This document shows, one piece after another, positions 1 through 12,648 of a stretch of 64,000 nt of DNA. The position numbers and the translations under genes are program-made. Source of the DNA: Octopus vulgaris (taxonomy: Eukaryota); the NCBI GenBank assembly GCA_951406725.2, contig OX597815.1, forward strand, positions 191,952,001 to 192,016,000, read 5' to 3'. Numbering within the stretch: position 1 is the stretch's first letter; every line of letters starts with the position of its first letter. The notes under the pieces were generated by a model. That model was not told the origin of the DNA. It saw only the letters and a list, made by a program, of their open reading frames with translations, and did no database searches.

Positions 1-260
1 CGCTAAGTTATGGGGATGTAAACACATCAGCATCGGTTGTCAGGCGATGTTGGGGGGAAAATCACAGACACACAAACATATACACACATATATATACATA
101 TATACTACGGGCTTCTTTCAGTTTCTGTTTACCAAATCCACTCACAAGGCTTTGGTCGGCCCGAGGCTATAGTGGAAGACACTTGCCCAAGGTGCCATGC
201 AGTGGGACTGAACCCAGAACCATGTGGTTCGTAAGCAAGCTACTTACCACACAGCCACTC
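1..260 (-). mobile_element. SINE family A (tRNA-derived), partial copy at window edge
   Basis: Reverse complement of the head GAGTGGCTGTGTGGTAAG (A box) ... GGTTCAGTCCC (B box-like), matching many other copies in the window. Confidence 0.85.
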
Positions 261-261
261 T

Positions 262-692
262 TGTGCTTTCTTCAAGTTTCACTTGAAAAGGAAATTGAGA
301 GTGGCAAGGGAAGTGTTGTACTCGAGTAAGTTTATTGAAAGGTGAGTGAAAGTTGCGAAAAATAGCGAGAGTGAATAGTACCTCTCTATGTGTAGAACTT
401 TGAGTCGGGAAAAGGGAATTGGAGAGGGCACTTGACCTTGATGCTCAGGGAGATCTTGGACAGTGGGGTTCCTTGATTAGCCCTAGAGGTCATCCTGTAT
501 CAGGAGGACTACATCTCTATTATCCCACCCATTTTCTAAACTTTTGCTTTGTGTGTATATTTCCCTTTTTATTGTATACTTATTTTTGTTTTGTTTATTT
601 GATTTATCATTTCCTCATATGTAAACCCCCACAATTTATGTCTGTTTTGTATTATCCCCTTCATCCTTCGCTCTGGTGGCAAATAAATGAAT
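262..692 (+). mobile_element. 3' end of an L1/Tx1-like LINE (ORF2 C-terminus plus 3' UTR)
   Basis: Frame from 262 reads CAFFKFHLKRKLRVAREVLYSSKFIER*VKVAK, resembling the L1/Tx1 C-terminal R...E...F...W pattern. A T-rich UTR follows, ending ggcaaataaa. Confidence 0.55.
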
Positions 693-729
693 TCCTCCTC
701 CTCCTCATCATCATTATTATTATTATTCA

Positions 730-878
730 TATACACTCAACAGATTAGATTGTTGGAAAAGAAAGGAATCCTAACATCGGCTACAACAAGTTGCCTTAGG
801 TGCTGAGAACCCTCTTAAGTATCCTAGCTGTCCTTAATAACACTGTTCCCTGCAGCTGTACAAAACTGGGTTTTATGC
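730..878 (-). mobile_element. R4/Dong-clade non-LTR retrotransposon, extreme 3' fragment
   Basis: Minus strand reads PSFVQLQGTVLLRTARILKRVLST* (stop at 796-798), like the R4-type LQKxxLLGTAxILRRVL end. Flanked by (ATT)n on both sides. Confidence 0.65.
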
Positions 879-900
879 CTATTATTATTGCTATTATTAA

Positions 901-937
<37 letters not shown>

Positions 938-949
938 GTTATTATTATT

Positions 950-1112
950 AAGGTGAGCTGCCAGAATCATTAGCATGTTGGACAAAATTCCACCAAGAAT
1001 TTTGTCTGTGTTTATGTTCTGTGTTCAAATTCTGTCAAAGTTGACTTTGCCTTTCATCTTATCAGCGTCAATAAAATGAGTACCAGTCAAATACTGGGGT
1101 CAGTGTAATCAA
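950..1112 (+). mobile_element. SINE family B, degenerate copy
   Basis: ggtgagctgccagaatc ... gttcaaattc ... gactttgcctttcatc ... gtaccagt matches family B. Confidence 0.75.
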
Positions 1113-1113
1113 A

Positions 1114-1625
1114 ATGATGATGATGATGATAATGATCATGATCATGGTGATGATGATCATGATGGTGATGATGATCATGATGGTGGTGGTGATGATGATG
1201 CTGGTGATGCTGGTGGTGGTGATGATGACGATGGTGTTGATGTTGATGATGATGGTGATGGTGGTGATGATGATGATGCTGATGATGGTAGTGATGATGA
1301 TGGTGATGATGATGGTGATGATGATGGTGATGATGATGGTGATGCTGATGATGATGCTGATGCTGGTGATGATGATTATGCTGGTGATGTTGGTGATGAG
1401 GATGATGGTGGTGGTGATGATGCTGGTGATGGTGATGATGATAATGGTAATGGTGATGGTGGTGATGATGATGATGATGGTGCTGGTGATGATGATGATG
1501 CTGGTGATGGTGGTGATGATGATGCTGGTGATGGTGGTGATGATGGTGATGGTGGTGATGATGATGATGGTGAAGATGGTAGTGATGACAATGATGATGA
1601 GGGTGGTGGTGGTAGTTGTAATGAT
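1114..1625. repeat. Compound (GAT/GGT/GCT)n trinucleotide tract
   Basis: Seen directly; it produces the poly-M/V and poly-I/T pseudo-ORFs. Confidence 0.95.
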
Positions 1626-1890
1626 GTCCTTGAAATTTGATAGCTTCTCAATTTCTTTCTTGTCCACTTCTTTGGTCAGAAAGAAACAAACGATATCCGT
1701 CAGAGCGGCACGATACATTCCTTTCAGTTTTTCATTATGATGATATCAAGACAAGTCCACTTAGGAGCCAGTCACTCCTTCCCTATATTATTAAATATCT
1801 CTTCTAAGGGCCAAAAATTTTGGACGTCATCATTTCCTGGGAGTTTCCAGTGATTCTGTGTTCTTCCTTATTTCTTTAATTCCATTTCTC
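1626..1890 (-). mobile_element. Degenerate, internally deleted R4/Dong-like relic
   Basis: Minus strand has WKLPGNDDVQNFW (RT N-terminal WKxPGxD motif), followed within about 200 nt by LDIII and LTDIVC...VDKKEIEKLSNFKD (RLE-like). Confidence 0.45.
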
Positions 1891-2145
1891 AAGTACTGGC
1901 GTCAATGGAATCAACAAGTCTTCTCCTCTTGAAGCTACTGTCCTTGTGCTTAAACGAAAAACTACTACTACTACTACTACTACTACTAATAATAATAATA
2001 ATGATAATAATATAATAATAATAATAATAATAATAAGCAACAACAGTAATCCTTTTTTATTTTAGCACAAGGCCAGCAATATCGAGGGGTGGAGAAGTTG
2101 ATTATATTGACCCCAAATACCTAACTGGTATTTATTTTATTGATT

Positions 2146-2340
2146 GTGCAGGTGGCACGTAAAAAGCACCCACTACACTCGCGGAGTGGTTGGCGTTAGG
2201 AAGGGCATCCAGCTGTAGAAACACTGCCAGATCAGACTGGAGCCTGGTGCAGCCCCTGGCTTCTCAGACCCCGGTCAAACCGTCCAACCCGTGCTAGTGC
2301 GGAAAACGGACGTTAAACGATGATGATGATGATGATGATG
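2146..2340 (+). mobile_element. Family C repeat (RTE-like LINE 3' UTR) inserted into a SINE B copy
   Basis: ggtggcacgtaaaaagcacc ... aggaagggcatccagctgtagaa ... ggacgttaaac(gat)n. SINE B halves lie at about 2050-2145 and 2341-2460. Confidence 0.85.
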
Positions 2341-2509
2341 ATTGCTGAAAGTCAGAGAAAGGGCAAAGCTGTCCTCAGCAGAATTTGATCTCAGAACATA
2401 AAGTCAGAAGAAATTCCACTTAGCATTTTGACCAATGTGGTAACGATTCTGCAAACCAATCAACTTACATAATAATAATAATAATAATAATAATAATAGT
2501 GCTTTGCCA

Positions 2510-3191
2510 TTCTGCTGAATACCACAGATTTGCTTGTCAGTTGTTTGACCATAACCAGTTGAGCATGTCCCTTAGTGGCTGACAATATGTGCATCTCTGA
2601 TCACAAACAGAAGTAGTTGGGGAGCATCATAGCCATGTGTTGAGAGGAATTTTTGTGGGATTTGAATAATTCACCTTTGGAAACATGGGTGTTTTGTTCA
2701 TCGTCCTTAAACAACCCTCATTCAAGGACGTTTCGAGCAGGATGGGCTACTTGACCTGAAGAAAATTCTTACTTGGCCCCACCTGAAAGGTCATGCACTG
2801 TTTATCTTGATATGAGATGACCATGTCGCGCACATATGGTTGTGATATAATAATAATAATAATGAAATTATTGTATACAGTGCTCAGGTGCACCACAACT
2901 TGTCAGCATAAGCAGTAATGTACAAATGTCTGGAAAGTGAACAGTGTATGAGTCAGATACATGCTTGTGTGTGTATGGAGGGGAGAAAATCATGTGTTGT
3001 GTTGGCGAATCTCAGAAAGCATGGAAGTTTTGAAAGCTGCAGTGCTCCGACAACTAACAACTGATGCCGGCAGTTTGTTCCATGCTTCATGTGCCTGGTG
3101 TACCTTTATCTGATGGGTAGTCATAATGGGTATACTGGGCTTCGTATATTTTACCCCAGTGTCACTTTGATGGCATGCACTGCTTACTCAC

Positions 3192-3195
<4 letters not shown>
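2510..3195. mobile_element. Family G interspersed repeat (about 460 bp) flanked by (AAT)n, interrupted by a CR1 fragment
   Basis: Near-identical to the uninterrupted copy at 32102-32565. Confidence 0.8.
2847..3087 (-). mobile_element. CR1-like LINE 3' fragment nested in family G
   Basis: Minus strand reads EAWNKLPASVVSCRSTAAFKTSMLSEIRQH (CR1 WNxLP...FK C-terminus) with an (ATT)n tail. Same family as 48801-48990. Confidence 0.75.
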
Positions 3196-3228
<33 letters not shown>

Positions 3229-3349
3229 CAACAATAACAACAATGGTAAAAACCATAACAAAATAGACATGGAAGTCTGCTGTCAGTTCCTGTCTGGCCA
3301 ACTCGGGTCAAACTGTCCAACCTATAACAGCATGGAAAGCAGACATTAA

Positions 3350-3570
3350 CCCTTTTGTTACTGTATTTATTTTGAGATACTCTGTGTTTGTTTCAATTAC
3401 TTTAAATATAACAAAGAATTTAGTAAAATAAATTAATTATCATTAAGCTAGTGTTAGGAACATAAAATGTGACTAAGGCTTGGTGGAAGATTTTAATTCA
3501 AAACTTGTGAAAATAAGACAATTTGTACTCAGAGCCAGAGCCAGTTTCAGTCGGGTTGGTATCAAAAGGG
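3350..3570 (+). mobile_element. piggyBac-like MITE (221 bp)
   Basis: TTAA|CCCTTTTGTTAC ... GTATCAAAAGGG|TTAA: terminal inverted repeats with a TTAA target duplication. Confidence 0.8.
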
Positions 3571-3729
3571 TTAAATGCTAAAGTGTTAATCTCTCAACCT
3601 GCACAAAGACACTTCCTTCAGTGCTTCTCCATCTCCCAGTTGAGGGCTTTTTGTCTTGTAATTTACTTGGTGCCACATACAAAGTACCAGTGCTAATGCT
3701 ACATACAGAGCACCCAGTGCACTCTTTAA

Positions 3730-3950
3730 CCATTTTGTTACCATATTTCTGTTGAGATGCTCTGTGTTTCTTTCAATTTATTCTGAATATAACAAAGAAT
3801 TTAGTAAAATAACTTAGTTATCATTCAGCTAGTGTTAGGAACATAAATTGTGACTAAGGTTTGGTGGAAGATTTTAATTCCAAACTTATGAAAACAAGCC
3901 ATTTGTATTTAGAGCCAAAGCCGGATTCAGCTGGGTTGGTAATGAAAGGG
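3730..3950 (+). mobile_element. piggyBac-like MITE, second copy
   Basis: TTAA|CCATTTTGTTAC ... GAAAGGG|TTAA; the body matches 3350-3570. Confidence 0.8.
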
Positions 3951-4328
3951 TTAATTTTAAAGCATTTAGCAATTGATAAGAAAGGTAATTTGAACTTTGG
4001 CCTATTTTGAATATGAAGTGTAAAATAAACATTATAAGACAGTGAAGGCTGCAGTTTCAATCAACTCATTCTCACAGCAAAGTTGTAATAGAAATATTAA
4101 TTTCTTAAACAATGATGATGAACATATATAATGGTCTTCTTTTAGTTTCTATCAGAGTCAAGCCTATAGTAGAAGGCACTTCTCCAAGGTGACACACAAT
4201 AGGAATGAACCTGAAACCATGTGGCTGGGAGGCAAACCTCTTACCACACAGCCACCTCCTGTGCCTAGAAGACCAAAATGGGATTCAAGACTTTTGAACT
4301 AATATAACTCACACCTTTACTTATTCTT

Positions 4329-4716
4329 GAAGCACTCCGTCGGTTACGACGATGAGGGTTCCGGTTGATCCGAATCAACCGAACAGCCTGCTCGTGAAAT
4401 TAACGTGTAAGTGGCTGAGCACTCCACAGACACGTGCACCCTTAACGTAGTTCTCGGGGGATATTCAGCATGACACAGAGAGTGACAAGGCTGGCTCCTT
4501 GAAATACAGGTACAACAGAAACAGGAAGTAAGAGTTAGAGAAAGTTGTGGTGAAAGAGTACAGCAGGGATCACCACTACCATCCCCTGCCGGAGCCTCGT
4601 GGAGCTTTTAGGTGTTTTCGCTCAATAAACACTCACAACAACCGGTTTGGGAATCGAAACCGCGATCCTATGACCGCGAGTCCGCTGCCCTAACCACTGG
4701 GCCATTGCGCCTCCAC
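4329..4716 (-). mobile_element. SINE family D (tRNA-derived), near full length
   Basis: Reverse-complement head gtggaggcgcaatggcccagtggttagggcagcggac ... ggtttcgattccc carries A and B boxes. Related pieces lie at 26986-27150 and 61030-61460. Confidence 0.8.
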
Positions 4717-5144
4717 TCCACCTTTACTACAGGTTCTAACACTAATGAAGCTATTGCTGTTGTTGTTGTTGTTGTTGTTGATGGCAGATGTATTTGTTCA
4801 GATGTTAAGTTGAGGTTCCTCAAGTTATGAAAGTGGATTCTATTGCAAACTCACTCTTGTGTCCTTCAACGAGACACTTGAAATCTCTCGTCAATTCTGT
4901 TCTCATGGAGTTTCATTTTAAATTACATGAGCTCATTGTCTTCTACTTTCTTCCTTTTTTTCCTTTCCGTCATTCTCTTCCATACCATCGTTTTAATTAA
5001 GTTCACAATCATTAAGATCACAATAACAGCGATGGTGATAATGGGCTATGATGATGATGATGAAGATGGTAAAGACCATCATCATCATAATCATCAACAT
5101 TACTTCTACTCTTGTGGCCATAATTCTTACTACTTCTACTAATT

Positions 5145-5600
5145 ACTAATGGTTTCAAATTTTGCCACAAAGGCAGCCATTTTGTGGGAAGGAAATTAAG
5201 TCAATTCCATCGACCCCAGTGTGTAACTGGTACTGAATCTATCGACCCCGAAAGGATGAAAGGCAAAGTCGACCTCTGCGGAATTTGAACTCAGAATGTA
5301 GCGACGGGCGAAATACTATAAAGCATTACATCCAGTGTGCTAATGATTCTACAAGCTCACTGCCTCAACAACAACAGCAACAACAACAACAAGGAGGATG
5401 ATGATGGTACCATCACCACCACAATCAACTCTACTGCTGCTGCTACTACTACTACTACTACTATTACTAATGGTTTCAAATTTTGCTACAAGGGCAGCCA
5501 TTTTGGGGAAGGGGATGAAGACAATTACATCGACCCCAGTGCATAACTGGTGCTTATTTAATCGACTCCAAAAGGATGAAAGGCAAAGTCAACCTCTGCG
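5145..5600 (-). mobile_element. Two SINE B copies separated by a trinucleotide tract
   Basis: atcgaccccgaaaggatgaaaggcaaagtcgacct core, with the gccttgtggcaaaatttgaaacc-type tail. Confidence 0.8.
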
Positions 5601-5604
5601 GAAT

Positions 5605-6080
5605 ACTAAAAATGAACCCAACCACTCTGAAAAATTAAGTAAAAACAAAAAGGAAAAATAATCCAGAATCCTTGTGCGGGATCTGATCGATTCCAATGGT
5701 AGTCATGGAATGTGAAGGTGGCTGTTGAAAATTTAGTAACAGTAATAAATAGCTTATCCTTATCTAATACAAGCCAAAGTCAACAAATTCACTGTTCAAA
5801 ATAGTCACAGCCTAAAGGAAGATAACAGAGAAAGACTTGAAAGTTAACATAAGATAGTAATCATGTAGAGTAAAGTGAATATAACAAAAAATAATCTAGA
5901 ATCCTTGTCTGGTACTGGATTGATCCCAAAATATATTCAGTTCATACCAGTCACAAGGCCAAACATCCCTGAAAGTTTCATCCAAATACATGCAACAGTT
6001 CTTGAGATATTGTGTCCATGGACAAACAAACAAATGTGACTGAAAACAATACCTCCGCCTTAGCGAAGGCAGAGGTAATA
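5605..6080 (-). mobile_element. Helentron-associated non-autonomous element (HINE-like), fragmented
   Basis: Terminal hairpin tacctccgcc-ttagcga-aggcagaggta. The body is the reverse complement of 47109-47432. Confidence 0.5.
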
Positions 6081-6533
6081 AGGTACAAAACCAAGTTTTT
6101 AGTTTAATAATTCCCTTATTACCAAATTTTTTGGGAAAAATCTCTCTGCAGCTAACATCCCTTGAGTGCTTATTTCCTTCAAAAGAATTTTAAAGTTTTC
6201 TTTCTTTCTTGTATGACTTAAGGCCACATAAAGCTGGCCGTGACTAAATATGGGATAGAATATGGATGGTAAATCAAATTAATACACTTGTCAATGTTCT
6301 CTAGGGGTTGTCTTTTGAGATGTGACATCAATCATCATCTGTTAATGAAAGAACGCTGACTCACACATACAAACATTCATGTACTTCCCATATACATGCA
6401 CACACACATACACACATAGACTCACACAAAGGAGAAACACTGTTTGACTTTTCTTTTTGGCATGGAATGTTCACCATCCCACTTCCAGTGTACATACACA
6501 CACAACCATGCGCGCACACGCACACACACACAA

Positions 6534-6572
<39 letters not shown>

Positions 6573-6805
6573 ACACACATACACACACAAACATTAGCAT
6601 ACCTTCCTTTTACATACACACACATATAGTCACACAGAGTTGAAATGCTGTTTGATCTTTTTTTCACTGTAGAATTTCCATCATCCCACTACCAAATTTG
6701 CCATCACCCCCTTCCTTCCTTCCTTATTCATCTTTCACTTCTATCTTTCTCATTCATATGTTGTGACAGAGAAATACACAAAAGTATTATTATAGTAGAT
6801 ATATA

Positions 6806-7050
6806 TGCTGGTGCCACGTAAAAAGCACTGTTGCTGGTTCCACATTAAAAGCTTTTGTGCCATATTAATAGCATTAGTGCTGGTGCCATGTTAAAAGCAT
6901 CTGGCACACTCTCTACAGTGGTTGGCATTAGGAAGGGCATCCAGCTGTAGAAGTCATACCAAAGCAGGCAATGGAAGCTGATGCAGCTCCTGGCCTTGTC
7001 AACTCTTGTCAAACCATACAATCCATGCCAGCATGGAAAACAGATGTTAA
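6806..7050 (+). mobile_element. Family C repeat, older copy
   Basis: gtgccacgtaaaaagcac modules, aggaagggcatccagctgtag and the ccatgccagcatgg hairpin. Confidence 0.75.
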
Positions 7051-7094
<44 letters not shown>

Positions 7095-7534
7095 GATGAT
7101 ATATAGTTGAAATCTGGGTTTTGATTCAGTGTGTTTACGTCCTTCAAATCTGTTTTGAATGTGGCTTTTTTCCTCTCTTGATTTGTGTTTAATATGGTTA
7201 TATGTAATCGTTTATGTAATCGTTTAAACACGCAAACACGTGTCTGTAAACACGCATCAATAACGGTTAGTTTATATGTTTGGAACTTTTGTGCGTCACT
7301 ATTCTCATGCCAAGTTCTATATTTGTCATTGTCGATTTTGTCATTTGTTCTGGCAAAAAAAAATTTTGTGAAGCGCTCACAGTATCATTTGCTGTCAATA
7401 GCAAAAATGTGAATCTGAAGAACAACAATAATGATAATAATAATGATAATAATAACAGATATCTGAAGAATGAATGGTAAAAACAAACAATGAAATATGA
7501 TGGTCATCAATAGAATATACAGACATCTCTCTCT

Positions 7535-7569
<35 letters not shown>

Positions 7570-7635
7570 TACATACATATACATACATACATACACATAT
7601 GCATACATATATATATATATATTCACACACATATG

Positions 7636-7687
<52 letters not shown>

Positions 7688-7691
<4 letters not shown>

Positions 7692-7883
7692 ATTATAAAT
7701 TAGGGTATCTACGAGATACCACCATGCTGAAAATAGCAGCTATAATCTGACTCTAAAACCACCTTAATTGCCCATATATCAACACGTGTTGATATATGGG
7801 CAATTAAGGTGGTTTTAGAGTCAGATTATAGCTGCTATTTTCAGCATGGTGGTATCTCGTAGATACCCTAATTTATAATTTTA
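7688..7883. repeat. Perfect 196-bp palindrome without spacer, inside a (TA)n-flanked element (7685-7972)
   Basis: Centre caacac|gtgttg at 7785/7786; the arms are complementary throughout on manual check. A single-arm relative lies at 54459-54645. Confidence 0.9.
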
Positions 7884-7966
7884 ATAATTATTACCTTTGA
7901 AGGTTATTTTTTCCAGGCTGACCACTTGATAAAATCATTATTTTATTTTTAAATTAATGATCTTAT

Positions 7967-8038
<72 letters not shown>

Positions 8039-10029
8039 TATAAATATTGAATTTCTAAATGTATATAAATACACTATGATTTGCTGTGATTAGGTTGAAA
8101 TCTTGTTTGACAAGGTTTAGACATTCATTGTATCTAGATTAGTTCAATTATTTCTGTTTATTTATTTCTTATTACATTTTACGATCAAATTGGTTGGAGG
8201 TTTATAACAGATCAGTCACTGGTTCATTGTATTCCTGCCGACAATAAGGGCAAGGAAGCGTCTGTAACTGGCCGTAGAGCAAACATTGCAAGGGGCTTCA
8301 TTCAAAAAACATAGTGGTTTGACAAAAGAGACTGATAGAATAAATACTAGGCTTATAAAGATTGATTTGTTCGACTAAAATCCCTTATGGTGGTATTCAA
8401 GTATCACCACAGTCAAGTGAGTGAAACAAGTAAAAGAATAGAAGAATAAAAGAAAAGGGACAGGAAAAAGTGTTATGAACTTCATTGCCTTACAGTTGTT
8501 TCTGCTATAGGAGCAATACATCCATAGTTGAATGCTTGTGTGACACCCTATAATTTCATCAGTGCTTCAAAAATGACGCCTATGTATATTGAGTTCTAAC
8601 ACCAGGTTATTAGTATTGTAAATTATATTGGAAGCGTGGAATTATTTCGGCTTTTAAAATGATATGATGCACACACACACACACATCTTAAGCGCAAGTT
8701 GTAAATTTTATGCAAATTAATATTTGTTTTACATTTAAATAGCTTGGTATTAGATCATAAAACAATAATTTGAAATTTGGAATGGAATTTTTATGACGCT
8801 TTAAATATCTTAACATTTGTGAGCATTAAACCTGCAGGAGGCCGTGATGAAAAATTGGAAATGTGCAACATGTAAATGAACAAAGTAATGTTCTTCATCA
8901 TCTTTGATTTTATTAATCTTTTGAGGAATATTAGAAGAGAAGTTAGGGTGATTGGTTATTGATCATGTAAGTTTGACTTTCTCTTGTTTTAATCATCAGA
9001 TTTGAGGCCATGTTGGGGCACCATCTTGTAAACGTTTTAGTCAAATGAATCCACACCGGCACTTCATTTTTTGAAAAATTTTAGTGTTTATTCTGTTGGG
9101 TCCTTTTGTTGAACTGCTTCTTGTAAGCCTAGTACTTATTCTATCAGTCTCTTTTGCTGAACCGTTAAGTTATGGGGATGTAAATGCACTAGCATCGGTT
9201 GTCAAGTGATGTTGGCATGATGGTAGCAATGGTGGCGGTGTTGGAGGCAGTGATGATGATGCTGATGATGATAGTGACAATAGTAATGATGATGATGATG
9301 ATGTTGGTGGTGGTGGTGGTGGTGGTAACGGTGGTGATGATGACGATGATGATGGTGGTGGTGATGGTGGAAATGGTTTTGGTGACAATAACGATTATAA
9401 CGATTATGATGAGGATGACGATATGCATGTGTTTATTTATGTAGACCACATGTTCTGCATGGATACTTAATGTATTGGAAAACATCTCTCGTGTCATGTG
9501 TTACCAATTTAGAATCTGAAGCAAAATAAGAAAAGGACACTTCAGATTATGTTGTCCTTCATTACATTAAGTTTGGGTGTAGAAGAGGAGGAAGAGGGGA
9601 GAGTCAAGTCTGGTTAGAGGCCTGGAAAGGAATGTCCTTGATCTTGGATTTGTTTGGCGAGCGGTGACCTACAGCTAAATGACAACAACAATACGATGTT
9701 TATTTGAAGAATAATTGGGACAGATAGCTCGGAGTATTGATCCATGTATGTGTGTGTGTGTATGTGTGCATATGCACGTGTGTGTAATGTGCATGCATGC
9801 ATGTGTGTTCATATGCATACACATGCATGCATACAAATACTCATGTATGTGCATGCACATGCTTGTACATGCATGCATGTATGTATGTATGCATGTTTGT
9901 TTGTGTATATGTTGATTTGTTGTTGTTGCTTAATCCCTGGTCAGCCTTCCACTGAGCAGACCTATGATCAAATGATGATGATGATGATGACGATGATACA
10001 CATATACAAATACATATTTGTCTGTCTGT

Positions 10030-10528
10030 CTACCTAACTACTTACCTACTACATACCTCTCTACCTACCTACCTACGCACCTACCTACCTGCATACCTAC
10101 ATGCCTAACTACCTACCTTCCTACCTACCTACCTACCTACCTACCTACCTACCTACCTACCTGCTTACTTACCTACCTACCTACCTACCTAGCTACCTAC
10201 CTACCTACCTACCTACCTACCTACCTACCTACCTACCTGCCTACCTACCTACCTACCTGCCTACCTACCTACCTTCCTACCTCCCTACCTGCCTGCCTGC
10301 CTACCTACCTACCTACCTACCTGCCTGCTTGCCTACCTACCTACCTGCCTGCCTGCCTACCTACCTACTTACCTACTACCTACCTACCTACCTACCTACC
10401 TACCTACCTACCTACCTGCCTGCCTGCCTACCTACCTACCTACCTACCTACCTACCTACCTACCTACCTGCCTGCCTGCCTGCCTACCTACCTGCCTACC
10501 TACCTACCTACTTACCTACCTACCCACC
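10030..10528. repeat. (CCTA/CCTG)n tetranucleotide array of about 500 bp
   Basis: Seen directly; source of the LPTY pseudo-ORFs. Confidence 0.95.
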
Positions 10529-11218
10529 CAAAAACCAGGAGCTGCACCTTGTTCCATTGACTGTTTTGGCCAGGTTTCTACAGATGGATGCCCTTCCTAC
10601 TGCCAACTTGATTTGTGCTTTGACCATAATATATGCTTTTTAAGCCTCATAATAATTCTATTGTTTTCATTTGTCAAACCACTAATTTACAGGGATGTAA
10701 ACAAACCAACATTGGTTATCATGGTTATCAGTCAGTGGAGAGAGGCACAAACACAATGATAAACATGCACATCCACACACACACATTTCTAATTACCATT
10801 TGTTTCCACACAGCCACATCTACTAAGTTCACTCACATCAGCTCAGGGTTATAGTAGAAAATGAGTACCAAAGGTACTGTGCAATGGAACTGAACCTGAA
10901 ACACTAGGCTGCACAACAAGCTTCTTAACCACACAGCCATGTCAGTGCCAGAATATTTAAAAACAAATTCATATAACTCTTGACTAAACACACCGGTTTC
11001 TTTTCTTTTTGTGCTCATTATAACTTAAAGGAATTAACAAGCAATTAAATTCATAAGTAAATAAATGGAAGAATATCAGATTCCAATGCTTTAACAAAGA
11101 ATTTTTTAAAAACCTGATTTGACCTTCTGTGGTTGAGTTTTATTCTGTGTCATTTTGTAAGGAATTTTCTTCATTTTCTTCCAATTAGAGTCTAAATTAA
11201 GCATGTAAATTATATTAA

Positions 11219-11357
11219 ATGTGTGTGTGTCTCTGTATACATGTATGTATGTATGTATGCATATATACATGTATATGTATGTATCTATATATGTGTGTAT
11301 ATGCATATATGTGTATATATCTATCTATCTATCTATCTATATCTATCTATCTATCTA

Positions 11358-11392
<35 letters not shown>

Positions 11393-11487
11393 ATGTGTGT
11401 GTGTATGTATATATAAATATGTATGTGTGTGTATATGTATCCCTATATATATATATGTATGTATATGTGTGTGTTGTATATATATGC

Positions 11488-11535
<48 letters not shown>

Positions 11536-11728
11536 GTATATATGTATGTTTATTTATATATATATATTTATATGTATATGTATATATGTATTTATATATA
11601 TATATATATATATGTATTTATATATGTATTTATATATATATATATATATGTATTTATATATGTATTTATATATATATATATATATATATATTTATGTATA
11701 TATGTGTATATATATGTGTGTATATATA

Positions 11729-11771
<43 letters not shown>
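11219..11771. repeat. Compound (TA)n/(TG)n/(TATC)n microsatellite
   Basis: Seen directly. Confidence 0.95.
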
Positions 11772-11775
<4 letters not shown>

Positions 11776-12133
11776 GAGAAGCAAAAAGGTCACACAAAAA
11801 TAATGCTGTAATGAATTGTTGACATAGACAGAAGACTTTGAGACACAATGTTAGCAGCAGCTACTTCAAGGGATTCTCTTGAGGTTATAACCTTTTTGTC
11901 TTCTCAAGTGGAGAATCATTTAACCTTTATTTTTGCCTCTTATTTCTCTTTTCTACATTTTTTTTCCCTTATTTTCGCAATTGGCTTAAGAAATTTAAAA
12001 GAAAATAAAAAGTTGGGAAAGAGAAAAAAAGGAATATTCAGAAAAAGCAATTATTGTTATTACTGCTGTTGTTGGTGTTGCTATTATTATTATTATTATT
12101 TTTATTATTATTATTATTATTATTATTTTTTTA

Positions 12134-12164
<31 letters not shown>

Positions 12165-12565
12165 GTTTAAGGAAATGTCACAAGGAATATTTTATCTGCA
12201 GGATGGATTGTATTCTAACAGAAATTGAAAAGAATTTTTGACAGAGAGAGAGAGAGATTGAAAGAGAGAGAGAGAAAGAGAGAGAGCAAGCAGTTAATAA
12301 GATGGACTTATGGCATGAATTACCATAGCTGTAATATTACTGTTATCAAATAAGAAATAATGCAAATACTAAGGGGAGATAAGTAGAATAAATAATTAAA
12401 TAATTAATTAAATAAATACATAAAATAAGATACAAATTAAAAAAACTAGATAAGTGACTGAGTGTCAATTCCATTGCACGGCACCTTAAGCAAGTACTTT
12501 CTACCATGGCCCCTGTCTGTCCATCTATCTATGTCTGTCTGTCTTTCTGTCAATCCATCTATCTG

Positions 12566-12648
<83 letters not shown>

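Noticed and set aside
1068-1740. 200-aa ORFs on both strands (poly-I/T, poly-M/V), and similar ORFs at 14884-15504, 41950-42582 and 46677-47125
   Set aside because: They are translations of stop-free trinucleotide tracts, with no splice or homology support.
4640-4716. tRNA-like sequences at the heads of families A, B, D and E
   Set aside because: A and B boxes are present, but they run into SINE bodies and I could not build a complete cloverleaf; not tRNA genes.
10018-11822. LPTY-repeat and YI/CV-repeat ORFs, also at 22000-23060, 26205-26542 and 43407-43979
   Set aside because: Tetra- and dinucleotide microsatellite artefacts.
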